A DNA stretch of 37,959 nucleotides from IMG/VR virus record IMGVR_UViG_3300025018_000292, positions 1-37,959 of that record, one strand, 5' to 3'. Each line of letters opens with the position of its first letter. Positions within the stretch are counted from its first letter, which is position 1. This DNA is from a virus (taxonomy: Duplodnaviria > Caudoviricetes). Positions 26,441 through 34,718 of the stretch are shown in pieces. Below the pieces are notes generated by a model that made no database searches, had not been told where the DNA came from, and was given only the letters and a program-made list of their open reading frames with translations. The position numbers and the translations under genes are program-made.

Positions 26441-27006
26441 CAGCACCAAAACAGGCATTTGATACAAGTCGCCCCCCGGAGTTCGAGATGACCTCGGTTT
26501 CCCCGGCGCTCTATCGGTCGCGTGTTGTGCGGCGCTACAGGAAGCACCCGCGTCTCGTGATGTTAGAGGGTGGCCGCTACGGCACCAGGTGGCTGCGCCG
26601 GCTGGTCTATGTGATGGCCCGCAACCTCGGCATGCTCGGGCACGATCGCACTTTCGCGGATGAAACCGTTGTGACCAAGAGCTTCCTCAAGGGAGGCTTC
26701 GACCAGCAATTCAATCAGGGCGTCCTCAACGCGATGCGGGTAACCGGCCTGGATCCGGACGATCTCGAGATTGTCATCGGAGAGGATGCGTTCAGTCGCG
26801 CCGGTGGCGTTCTGCAGAAGGATATCCGTTTCAGATCCCGCACCGATGTGAGCATTAAATGCGCTGACAGAGAGGCTATCATGACATGGAAAGGGATCGA
26901 GGCCCGCATTGTTCCATGCATGTCCGGGTGGGCGGTGATACCCAAGGCAGCCAGGCCCGAAGGATCGACCGCCGAGTCCCGCGAGATGTGGCGGCCGGGC
27001 CGGTGA
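26437..27006 (+). CDS. Hypothetical protein
   Basis: ATGA overlap; 189 aa. Confidence 0.65.
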   Translation: MTAPKQAFDTSRPPEFEMTSVSPALYRSRVVRRYRKHPRLVMLEGGRYGTRWLRRLVYVMARNLGMLGHDRTFADETVVTKSFLKGGFDQQFNQGVLNAMRVTGLDPDDLEIVIGEDAFSRAGGVLQKDIRFRSRTDVSIKCADREAIMTWKGIEARIVPCMSGWAVIPKAARPEGSTAESREMWRPGR

Positions 27007-27350
27007 CCAAGCCTGGCCGCATCCCCTGCATCAACCCCCGCTGCAACCGCACCGCGCCAGCCGAGAAGTATGAGCCGGGCACGGAAATCATTTGCGGGAA
27101 ATGCTTCAAGGCGCTGCCGACCGAACTCAAGGCTGATCACAGGCGGTGCTGGCGGGAGATCAACAAGTGGCGCCGGCGCATTGCCCGGACCAGCGACGAG
27201 ATCAAGATCCAGCGAATGAACGACCTGGTAAACAGGTGGGGTTTCAGGCTCGATGCGAACTGGCGCAAGGTTCGTGCCCACATCATCGAGCCCGATCGGC
27301 CGTCTGGGATCGACACGTTCATGCGCGAGATGGGGCTAAATGATGGGTGA
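27003..27350 (+). CDS. Hypothetical Zn-finger protein
   Basis: GTG start; CINPRC...ICGKC. Confidence 0.65.
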   Translation: MTKPGRIPCINPRCNRTAPAEKYEPGTEIICGKCFKALPTELKADHRRCWREINKWRRRIARTSDEIKIQRMNDLVNRWGFRLDANWRKVRAHIIEPDRPSGIDTFMREMGLNDG

Positions 27351-27699
27351 GACGCTCTATCACGGTGGCCCACGGGGCCTGAAGACCATCCTCCCGCCAT
27401 CACAGACCGGCGCGCAGAGCGTTGCTGGTCGAATAGACCCTCAAGTGTGTCGAGCAGATCGGGTCTATCTGACAAGCTCCTACGCAGCCGCGGTCATGTA
27501 CGCGGCCTGCTTGGAGAAAGGAACCGTGTACGAAGTCACCCCGTTGAGCGATCTGGAAGATGATCCTGACTGCAATACACCGGGGCTGTCCTTTCAGTGC
27601 CGCAGCGCCGGGGTTCTGCGAGAAAGGCGACCAAAAATGAAACTGATCCTGAAGGCCAGAAAGGCCCTGCTGTCTGGGGAGAACCATCCATGGCCTTGA
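27340..27699 (+). CDS. Arr-like (rifampin ADP-ribosyltransferase family) ART-domain protein
   Basis: LYHGG, VYLT...AA..YA, G.VYEV.P...LEDDPD, SF.C motifs parallel the Arr FYHGT / VYFT / IY.VEP.G..EDDP / SYR motifs. Confidence 0.65.
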   Translation: MMGETLYHGGPRGLKTILPPSQTGAQSVAGRIDPQVCRADRVYLTSSYAAAVMYAACLEKGTVYEVTPLSDLEDDPDCNTPGLSFQCRSAGVLRERRPKMKLILKARKALLSGENHPWP

Positions 27700-27908
27700 T
27701 GATAGTAGACGACAATATGACCGAGGAACTGCTCGAGAGCATCAGGCGGGCCGGGCCGGGCAACATCATCTATCGGCAACCACAGACCTTCCAATTCCTT
27801 CAAGAGCCCGGCGAGATTTACCCGTTCGGCGACAGGCTAATGATCAACCACGAGCCATATGACGATGGCGGCGGCGCTGCAATCTGCCGTGCGCGGTTCG
27901 GGGTTTGA
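27690..27908 (+). CDS. Hypothetical protein (72 aa)
   Basis: GGAG RBS before ATG 27690. Confidence 0.5.
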   Translation: MALMIVDDNMTEELLESIRRAGPGNIIYRQPQTFQFLQEPGEIYPFGDRLMINHEPYDDGGGAAICRARFGV

Positions 27909-27928
27909 TCGCAAGCTGATCGGGCCGA

Positions 27929-27950
27929 AAATGTAGACAAATGTAGACAA
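27929..27950. repeat. Tandem 10-bp direct repeat (AAATGTAGAC x2) upstream of capsid gene
   Basis: AAATGTAGACAAATGTAGACAA. Confidence 0.7.
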
Positions 27951-28096
27951 TCCTTCTCCCGCGCGCGCGGCCGCGTGTGCGCGTTCTCAATACGATGCGG
28001 CATCGGCATCTTGTAAATGATCGCAAAAAGCGGTAATTCCTGATCAGCACATGACGTTGCTACCTACCTTCAACCAACCAGGAGGGGTGGCACGTC

Positions 28097-29200
28097 ATGT
28101 CCACAGGCCCAAATCAAGTACCGGTCGGCGATCCGAAAGCCGTCAAGAAGTGGTCCGGTCTTCTCTTTCTCCAGACCAGCAAGGATTCCTATTTCGGCGG
28201 CCGCTTCATCGGCGAAGCCGAGGGCTCCGTCATTCAGCGCCTGACCGAACTCGAAAAGGATCAGGGCGACACCATTTCCTTCGATCTCGCTATCCAGCTG
28301 CGTGGCAAGCCCACCGCAGGTGACCAGCGCATCGAGGGCAAGGGCGAGCAGCTGAAGTTCTACACCGACACCGTGATGATCGATCAGGTCCGTCACCCGG
28401 TTACCTCGGGCGGCAAGATGAGCCGCAAGCGCACCATCCACGACATCCGTTCGAAGATGAAGATGAAGCTGGGCGAGTACTTCGCGCGGCTGCATGACGA
28501 ATATCTGTTCTGCTACCTCTCCGGAGCGCGCGGAATGAACGAGGATTTCGTGCAGGATACCGACTGGACCGGACACGCCGGCAACGCCTTCCAGGCACCC
28601 GACGATTCCCACCACATCTACGCCAGCACGGCAACATCGACGGCAACCCTGACCACGGCCATGAAGTTCACGTCTTCGCTGGTCGAAAAAGCGGTGGCCA
28701 AGTCCAAGATGTTCCGCGCGCTCGACCCCAAGAAGGCCAACATGCAGCCGGTCAAGGTCGAGAACGGCAAGCACTACATCGCGCTCATCAACCCGTGGCA
28801 GTGCTATGACCTTCGCAACGCCGACACCACCGGCTGGCTGGAAATCCAGAAGGCGGTGATGACGGCGGAAGGCCGCAAGAACCCGATCTTCGCTGGCGGG
28901 CTGGGGATGATCAACAACTGCATCATCCACGAGCATGAAAGCGTCATCCGGTTCAACGACTGGGGATCCGGCAGCGATGTCAACGGAGCGCGCGCGCTGT
29001 TCCTGGGCGCCCAGGCCGGTGTCGTGGCTTACGGCTCCGCGTCGGGCCTGCGCTTCGACTGGTCCGAGGAAACCCTCGACCACGGCAACGAGGTCGAAAT
29101 CGCGGCTGGCTTCATCGGCGGGATGAAAAAGACCCGCTTCAACGGCGCGGACTTCGGCGTCATCTCCATCGACACGGCAGCAGCTGACCCCAACGCCTGA
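28097..29200 (+). CDS. Major capsid protein, N4-gp56/DUF4043 family
   Basis: KKWSG.LF, GDTISFDL, IEGKGEQL.FYTD.V.IDQVRH, NPIF.G.LGM.NN, GG.KKTRF...DFGVI. Confidence 0.9.
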   Translation: MSTGPNQVPVGDPKAVKKWSGLLFLQTSKDSYFGGRFIGEAEGSVIQRLTELEKDQGDTISFDLAIQLRGKPTAGDQRIEGKGEQLKFYTDTVMIDQVRHPVTSGGKMSRKRTIHDIRSKMKMKLGEYFARLHDEYLFCYLSGARGMNEDFVQDTDWTGHAGNAFQAPDDSHHIYASTATSTATLTTAMKFTSSLVEKAVAKSKMFRALDPKKANMQPVKVENGKHYIALINPWQCYDLRNADTTGWLEIQKAVMTAEGRKNPIFAGGLGMINNCIIHEHESVIRFNDWGSGSDVNGARALFLGAQAGVVAYGSASGLRFDWSEETLDHGNEVEIAAGFIGGMKKTRFNGADFGVISIDTAAADPNA

Positions 29201-29264
29201 TGGCGTTGGGTGTCTGCTGACACCCGCCCATTGATCGTTTGGAAGATCGTAAAGGAACTGAACC

Positions 29265-29732
29265 ATGCCTGATCTCATCCAGTCCAAGTACGCCAAGGGG
29301 CTGATGATCCAGCCCTATCCGCGCGGTGCCGGCGAAATCGTGACCGTGCGCGCCACCATCGAAGCGACCACGGCCAATCTCGCGGCCGGCAACATCTTCG
29401 AAATGATGGCTCTGCCTGACAATTGCCGCCCCGTCGACATGATCTTCATTGCCGACGATCTCGATTCCGGCACCCCGGCGATCGACTTCGATATCGGCAT
29501 CATGTCCGGCACCTTCGGCGACGACGACAACACCCGGACATGTGGCGCCGAGTTCTTCGACGGGGACACGACTGGCCAGGCGGCCGGTTCGTCCCGCATG
29601 TCGCTGGTCACCGGTTTCGAACTGGCGCCAGCGGCGACCACACGCGGCATCGGCATCAAGGTGGTGACGGCTCCTGCCACGGCAGTCGCGGGCACCATCA
29701 CGCTGATCGCGCAGTTCGCGGTGGCCGACTGA
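29265..29732 (+). CDS. Putative capsid decoration/cement protein
   Basis: Follows MCP; beta-rich, ADDLD.G motif. Confidence 0.6.
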   Translation: MPDLIQSKYAKGLMIQPYPRGAGEIVTVRATIEATTANLAAGNIFEMMALPDNCRPVDMIFIADDLDSGTPAIDFDIGIMSGTFGDDDNTRTCGAEFFDGDTTGQAAGSSRMSLVTGFELAPAATTRGIGIKVVTAPATAVAGTITLIAQFAVAD

Positions 29733-29767
29733 TACGACGCGCCTTTGGGAATGGGGGCGTCCGACAG

Positions 29768-29806
29768 GGGCGGCGGCTGCCAGTGGTGGCCGCCGCCCAT
29801 TTCGTT
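29768..29806 (+). terminator. GC-rich hairpin, probable terminator/attenuator after head genes
   Basis: GGGCGGCGGC...GCCGCCGCCC then ATTTCGTT. Confidence 0.5.
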
Positions 29807-29823
29807 AAGAGGAGATCACCGCC

Positions 29824-30156
29824 ATGATCATTGAATGCACCACAGGGATGACGCGACAGGTCATTCTCTCTGCGCCATACGAGTTTGAACTCGACGAGTT
29901 CGGCCGCGCCGTGTGCGAGGTTCACGAGCAGATCCACATCGACTGCATCCTTGCCAACCCGGTGTACCGCGAAGCCACCGAAACCCCGGACGAGGACGAA
30001 CTGCAAAATCTCGAAGCCCGCCACGAGAAATACGCCGCCAGGTTCTTCCCCGAGCTCTCCAACGACAACGAGCCGGCCCTTGAGCCGGAGCCCAAGCCCG
30101 ACAAGATGCCGTTGCCCAACCGCAACCGGCCCGGGCGCAAACCGAAGCGCGGGTAA
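29824..30156 (+). CDS. Hypothetical virion-region protein
   Basis: GAGGAG RBS; basic C-terminus. Confidence 0.65.
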   Translation: MIIECTTGMTRQVILSAPYEFELDEFGRAVCEVHEQIHIDCILANPVYREATETPDEDELQNLEARHEKYAARFFPELSNDNEPALEPEPKPDKMPLPNRNRPGRKPKRG

Positions 30157-30162
30157 GCCACG

Positions 30163-30876
30163 ATGCCCACGGCCAAAGCGATATTCCAGACTGTCGCCGT
30201 CATGCTCACGGATGCCGACTATACCCGCTGGACCCTGCCGGAACTCAGGATATGGCTGAATGACGGGATCCGGGCGACCTTGCTCGCCAAGCCGTCCGCA
30301 TGCACCATCCGGCGCATCGTCACGCTTACGAGCGGCACGGTGCAGACCATCCCCGACGATCCGGAAACCGCTGCAGACCCCACTCCGCTCATGCTGCTGG
30401 GCATTGACCGCAATGTGCGCGATGAAGGCCCGCCGATCGAGTATGGCCGCAACGTCACCCCGGCGCGCAAGGAGGAACTCGATAACATCGATCCGAACTG
30501 GCATGACCCGCGCCGGGTGCGCGCCCGCAAGGAGGTGCGCCATTTCGTCTATGACGAGCTCGAGCCGTCCCGCTACCAGGTCTATCCGCCAAACGATGGC
30601 ACCGGCCTGGTCGAGCTCATCCTCTCGGGCCTGCCGGTACCGGTTGCGGCCACCGGCGATGTCGACACCATCGACAGCTATGACGTCGATATCGGACTGC
30701 CCGCGCTCTATGAGACACCGCTGGTCGATTACCTGCTGTTTCGGTGCTGGGCCAAGGATGACGCGGAAGCCGATGCGGCGCGCTCGCAGACGGCATTCCA
30801 GGCCTTTGCCGCCGCGGTCGGGCTCAAGATCCAGAGCGAGGCGCAATCCACCCCGAACCGGAGGCGCGTCACATGA
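30163..30876 (+). CDS. Head-tail adaptor (DUF6682-like)
   Basis: L.D....RWT..EL..WLNDG, LD...PNWH, YQVYPP, LVDY.LFR.W.KD. Confidence 0.75.
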   Translation: MPTAKAIFQTVAVMLTDADYTRWTLPELRIWLNDGIRATLLAKPSACTIRRIVTLTSGTVQTIPDDPETAADPTPLMLLGIDRNVRDEGPPIEYGRNVTPARKEELDNIDPNWHDPRRVRARKEVRHFVYDELEPSRYQVYPPNDGTGLVELILSGLPVPVAATGDVDTIDSYDVDIGLPALYETPLVDYLLFRCWAKDDAEADAARSQTAFQAFAAAVGLKIQSEAQSTPNRRRVT

Positions 30877-31523
30877 TCGACATTGACGAGTTTCTGCCAA
30901 GGTTTCGAGGGGAGGCGGGCAATGTGCCCCAGCCCGTCGCTTTCGCCCGGCTGCGGGATGCCGCGCGGGAATTCTGCCGATCGACGAAGGCATGGACAAC
31001 CCGCCTTACGGTGACCTTCACAGATCCGGACCGCATCGAGATCGCCAGCCTTGTCGAACAGGATGCCGAATTCTTCGAGCTCACCCGCAAGGCCAGGTTC
31101 AAGGCCACCGCAGACGCCGATGCCTATGACATCGAGCGCATCACGCCGTTTGATCTCGATCAACGCCATCCCGGATGGATCGAGGACGCCGATGTAGCCG
31201 AAACCGTGCAGTTCGTGACCTCGACAGAACACAATCTGCTTCGTGTCTATCCAAAGGCCGCGGGCACACTCTATGCAACCGCGGTGCTGATCCCCGATCG
31301 CCAGGCTGAAACCCTGCCGGAATTCCTACTGTCGGATCACGAGGAAACCATCTGCCGGGGCGCTGCCGCCATGGCGCTGGCTACACCCCAGGCGGAATAT
31401 GCCAACCCGCAGCGGGCGCTCGATCTGCGCCAGCAGTTCCAGCGGGCAATCGACACCATGACAATGCGCGCCCAGCGCTCAGACGCCAAGGGACGCCGAA
31501 ACACGAGAGGGAGGTACTTCTGA
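30873..31523 (+). CDS. Tail adaptor / tubular protein
   Basis: FLP...AAREFC..T..W, LRVYP motifs; position. Confidence 0.65.
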   Translation: MIDIDEFLPRFRGEAGNVPQPVAFARLRDAAREFCRSTKAWTTRLTVTFTDPDRIEIASLVEQDAEFFELTRKARFKATADADAYDIERITPFDLDQRHPGWIEDADVAETVQFVTSTEHNLLRVYPKAAGTLYATAVLIPDRQAETLPEFLLSDHEETICRGAAAMALATPQAEYANPQRALDLRQQFQRAIDTMTMRAQRSDAKGRRNTRGRYF

Positions 31524-31939
31524 TGCCCCTGTCCACCTATGCCGGCAACAAGGTTCTCGATCTTCTCTTTCGCGGTGTCGCGTTCACCCCGCCCACCGAG
31601 GTCTGGATGAGCCTGCACACGGCCGATCCCGGCCTGACCGGCGCCAACGAAGTCTCGACAGCTGACTGGCCTGCCTATGTCCGCAAGGAACCCGCCAATG
31701 GCGGCGCGATCGGCACCGGGTTTACCGCTGCCGCCAGCAAGGCCATTTCAACCACTATAAACCTCTTATGGCCGGTGCATGATGGGGCCGCGTCGATCAC
31801 CATCACGCATGTGGCCTTCTGGGATGCCTCGACCGCCGGCAACTGCCTGCACAGCGACCCGCTGGTCACATCCAAGACCATCGCGCCCACCGACCGGTTC
31901 GTCATCCCGGCCGGCGACGGCGACATCACGGCGGATTGA
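31523..31939 (+). CDS. Tail/fibre-associated structural protein
   Basis: LSTY..NK.LD, LHTADPG..GANEVS..Y.R, ITH.A.WDA.TAGN.L. Confidence 0.7.
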   Translation: MPLSTYAGNKVLDLLFRGVAFTPPTEVWMSLHTADPGLTGANEVSTADWPAYVRKEPANGGAIGTGFTAAASKAISTTINLLWPVHDGAASITITHVAFWDASTAGNCLHSDPLVTSKTIAPTDRFVIPAGDGDITAD

Positions 31940-31943
31940 TCAG

Positions 31944-32468
31944 ATGGCTTATGCATCGACACTTGGCGGCGCGCGCCTTGGCCAATACAGACTGGCTCAG
32001 ACGGTCAGCGGCCTGTTCATTCCGGCCAGCCTCACCGGTGCGCTTTCTGTTGTCGCAACCGCCGATGCGGATCGGTGGGGTGTCGGTGCCGTAAACGCCA
32101 GCTTCGCTTTCGACGCGACCGTCACGGCCGGGCTTATCAAGCGCCTCGCCATGACCGGCACGATGGCGATCACTGCATCCGTTGCAGCGGAGCGTCAGGC
32201 GATCGCCGCCGTTGACGCCATTGCCTCGATCACCACCAGTATCAGCGGAGCGCGGGCGGCGTCGGCGAGGATTGAAGCGTCGTTCTCGGTCGATGGGACC
32301 ATCACCGCAATGTTCCACAGCTTCGGCAACTCGACGGAACGCCGGATCGTTCTCGCCCGCAGACCCCGGCAGCTTGCGATCGCGCGACAGGTGCGCGGAA
32401 CCTGGCTGCCCGCGGCCGCTCGCCGGCAGACACAGCCACAGGAGGACCGGACGCAATGGGCAGCATGA
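31944..32468 (+). CDS. Ala/Thr-rich tail structural protein
   Basis: Beta-strand-like repeats; position. Confidence 0.6.
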   Translation: MAYASTLGGARLGQYRLAQTVSGLFIPASLTGALSVVATADADRWGVGAVNASFAFDATVTAGLIKRLAMTGTMAITASVAAERQAIAAVDAIASITTSISGARAASARIEASFSVDGTITAMFHSFGNSTERRIVLARRPRQLAIARQVRGTWLPAAARRQTQPQEDRTQWAA

Positions 32469-32731
32469 CCCAGAGCCCCAGCGAGGTGCTTGATTACCCG
32501 GTCGACTTCTCCCGCTGGCTGGAGGGTGGCGACACGCTCACAGTCGCCACCAGTGTCGCGGTCACCGGATCCGCGACCGCGTCGGCCACTGTCGATGTCA
32601 CGGATGATACCGCGCGCGTCTGGCTGCAGGGCGGTGCCGATGGCGATGCCGCCAAGGTCACGGTCACTGCTGTCACCGCTGGCGGTCGGACCAAGCAGCA
32701 CTGTTTCACGGTCAATATAAGGAATTGCTGA
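32456..32731 (+). CDS. Fibre-tail adaptor-like protein
   Basis: P.EVLDY.VDF..WL..GDT, VWL.GG..G, T.GGRT. Confidence 0.7.
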   Translation: MGSMTQSPSEVLDYPVDFSRWLEGGDTLTVATSVAVTGSATASATVDVTDDTARVWLQGGADGDAAKVTVTAVTAGGRTKQHCFTVNIRNC

Positions 32732-32732
32732 C

Positions 32733-34001
32733 ATGCCGTTGATTTTCACAAACGATGCTTTGAGCACGATCAATGGCGCGATATCGGACACCGCGACAAC
32801 CATCGTGCTGACAACGGACGCAAACCTGTTCCCGGCACCCACCGGCGACGAGTATGCCCACCTCACCCTGTTCGACTTCGACGGCAACAAGGAAATAGTC
32901 AAGCTGACGGCACGGACGGGCACGAGTTGCACTGTGGTTCGTGGCCAGGAAGGCACGACAGCGGCTGCGTGGCCGGATGGTTCGCGTATTGAATTGCGCG
33001 TTACTGCCCAAGCATTTACAGAGAACGCGGCCCAGATAGCAGAGAACGCACAAAGTCTCTTTGTCAAAGCGTCAGCCGCCGCCCCGGCGCTGACAAAGAC
33101 CGGAGCGGGCACGATATCTCTTAAGGCAGGCACGGTTGTTGAGGTCGATGGCGCGGTGCACGGCTTTGCGACGGACACCGCCGTCACAATGCCCACGCTG
33201 ACAGCAGGTACCGATTACGCCGTCTGGATCGCGCCAGACGGTTCGCTCGAAGCCACAGCAGACTTTGTCTCTCCCCCGGTTGCTGATGCCCGGCAGATCG
33301 GCGGGTTCCATTATGCCGCTGGCGGAAACGCGACCGGAACCAGTGGCGGCGACACAACACCGGCCATCAACGAGTTCTCGCTATGGGATCTGAAATGGCG
33401 GCCGGCATGCCCTGATCCGCGCGGGATGGCGTTGGTGGCTGGCGGCTTCTGGTGCGACATCTATCTTCTCGGTGTCGAGCACCTGGTTAACGGGACGTCA
33501 AAATACAATGTAACGATCGCCGATGGATCGTCGCCACCCAAAATACCAACATTGTTCGGCGGCAACGGCACGACAGCCTATTCGTCGCTGACGTGGTGGG
33601 AAGCGGCGGAGGTGATGGCGAGCCACGGCAAGCGGTTGCTGTCCTATGCGGATTTCGCGGCGGCGGCCTATGGCACCACTGAAAACTCTTCAGGTGGCAC
33701 GGACCCGGTGTCTACCATCCTGCGCCAGGCCTACACGTCTAAATGGGGCATCATGCTGGCCACGGGCAATCTGTATGTCTGGGGCGATGAATTCGGTGGG
33801 CCTGACGCTGGCGCGGCATGGGCCAACACCAATGGCGGGAGAGGTCAGGTCTTTCAACAATCGAACGCGCTCCTCCTCGGCGGGAACTGGGACAGTGCCG
33901 CGAACTCCGGTTCGCGCGCGTCGAACTGGAGCGTCGCGCCGTCGAGCTCGGGCAGTAGCCTCGGGGCGCGGGGCCGCTGTGAGCATCTGACCCTTGTCTA
34001 G
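32733..34001 (+). CDS. mtd: DGR target: Mtd-like (C-type lectin fold) receptor-binding tail fibre with N-terminal anchor domain
   Basis: GTDYAVW, GGFHYA.G, INEFSLWDLKWRP, DPRGM..V...FWCDIYL, ATGN..VWG, C-terminal GG.W...SGSR...GARGRCEHL; VR at 3' end. Confidence 0.92.
   Translation: MPLIFTNDALSTINGAISDTATTIVLTTDANLFPAPTGDEYAHLTLFDFDGNKEIVKLTARTGTSCTVVRGQEGTTAAAWPDGSRIELRVTAQAFTENAAQIAENAQSLFVKASAAAPALTKTGAGTISLKAGTVVEVDGAVHGFATDTAVTMPTLTAGTDYAVWIAPDGSLEATADFVSPPVADARQIGGFHYAAGGNATGTSGGDTTPAINEFSLWDLKWRPACPDPRGMALVAGGFWCDIYLLGVEHLVNGTSKYNVTIADGSSPPKIPTLFGGNGTTAYSSLTWWEAAEVMASHGKRLLSYADFAAAAYGTTENSSGGTDPVSTILRQAYTSKWGIMLATGNLYVWGDEFGGPDAGAAWANTNGGRGQVFQQSNALLLGGNWDSAANSGSRASNWSVAPSSSGSSLGARGRCEHLTLV
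33866..33981 (+). repeat. DGR variable repeat (VR) with 16-nt G/C tract (33962-33977) leading into IMH
   Basis: 116-bp match to 34432-34547; mismatches at 33895, 33931, 33933, 33934, 33946, 33951, 33952, 33958, 33960, all A in TR. Confidence 0.97.
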
Positions 34002-34020
34002 CCGCCCTGACAAGGGTGGC
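34001..34020 (+). promoter_or_regulatory. DGR target-recognition hairpin downstream of VR/IMH
   Basis: GCCGCCCT-GACA-AGGGTGGC: 8-bp stem (one G:T), GRNA loop. Confidence 0.7.
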
Positions 34021-34047
34021 GCTGCCCGGGACCAGGCCCAAGACGTA

Positions 34048-34410
34048 ATGACTGACGAAACCAGCAGCCACCAACAGCTGCGCATCGTGGAAAGGTACGA
34101 ACAATTTATCGATTATCTCTACCCCGTCCTGCAAAATTGCCCACGCAAGCACGGCATTGCGCGGGATGCGGTATTGGCTGCCATGTTTGCGCAGGTCGAT
34201 CTTTTCATCATTGCTGGGAAGTCGCGACAGGCTTCCAGACTGTATTCCGCAGACGCCAATCTGGCGGCGCTGCGGTTCTGGCTGCGCTTTCTGGCCGCAC
34301 CCTCGCGCAAGATCATCACACCCAACCAGCACAGGGTGGCGTCAATCCACCTGGCCGAGGTGGGCAAAATGATTGGTGCATGGCTGCGGACAGCAAAGAG
34401 CGGGGGTTGA
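34048..34410 (+). CDS. avd: DGR accessory variability determinant Avd
   Basis: IVERYE..IDYLYP..QN.PRKHG.ARD, AGKS.Q.SRLY.ADA.LA.LRFWLRFL, EVGKMIGAW; between VR and TR. Confidence 0.93.
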   Translation: MTDETSSHQQLRIVERYEQFIDYLYPVLQNCPRKHGIARDAVLAAMFAQVDLFIIAGKSRQASRLYSADANLAALRFWLRFLAAPSRKIITPNQHRVASIHLAEVGKMIGAWLRTAKSGG

Positions 34411-34431
34411 TGGGGATGAATATGCGGGAGC

Positions 34432-34547
34432 CGCGCTCCTCCTCGGCGGGAACTGGGACAATGCCGCGAACTCCGGTTCGCGCGCGTCGAACTGGAACAA
34501 CGCGCCGTCGAACTCGAACAGTAACATCGGGGCGCGGGGCCGCTGTG
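34432..34547 (+). repeat. DGR template repeat (TR)
   Basis: AAC-rich copy of VR (21 adenines in 12 codons); diverges from VR after CGCTGTG (IMH*). Confidence 0.97.
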
Positions 34548-34718
34548 GCGATCGGATTCCGGCTCCGCTCTGGCTACGGCCATGCGGGCCGACCATTTGA
34601 AAGATGGTCAGCCTCGTCAACCTGCTTCGGCGAATACTTTGCACGGTCCGGCAGAGCGGGGAGTAGCGCTTTGGCGTCGAAACCCGCGGCCGGCATTTTT
34701 TACAAAACGGATTTTGAA
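34548..34718 (+). ncRNA. TR-RT spacer, structured 3' part of DGR template RNA
   Basis: Non-coding gap with hairpins (e.g. GACCAT..ATGGTC 34591-34609); position of the BPP-1 spacer needed for cDNA priming. Confidence 0.65.

Noticed and set aside
29189-29265. Capsid stop codon inside a hairpin loop suggesting read-through into the next gene
   Set aside because: Next gene is in a different frame and no slippery site is evident; probably an mRNA stability hairpin
17973-30999. Long antisense ORFs (e.g. 17973-19628, 20832-21965, 28070-29296, 29698-30999)
   Set aside because: Shadow frames of high-GC genes with clear family motifs on the opposite strand
34410-34431. TR-upstream bases translate GDEYAGAA, resembling target WGDEFGGPDAGAA
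   Set aside because: Not collinear and mismatches are not A-specific; probably chance or an untestable relic
34373-34600. 75-aa ORF resembling the Mtd C-terminus
   Set aside because: It is the TR read in the VR frame (Asn-rich); template RNA, not a second target gene
34137-34718. 520-aa RT call with long N-terminal extension
   Set aside because: Extension overlaps avd, TR and spacer; RT homology starts at TTG 34719 (LGLKHRNLI)
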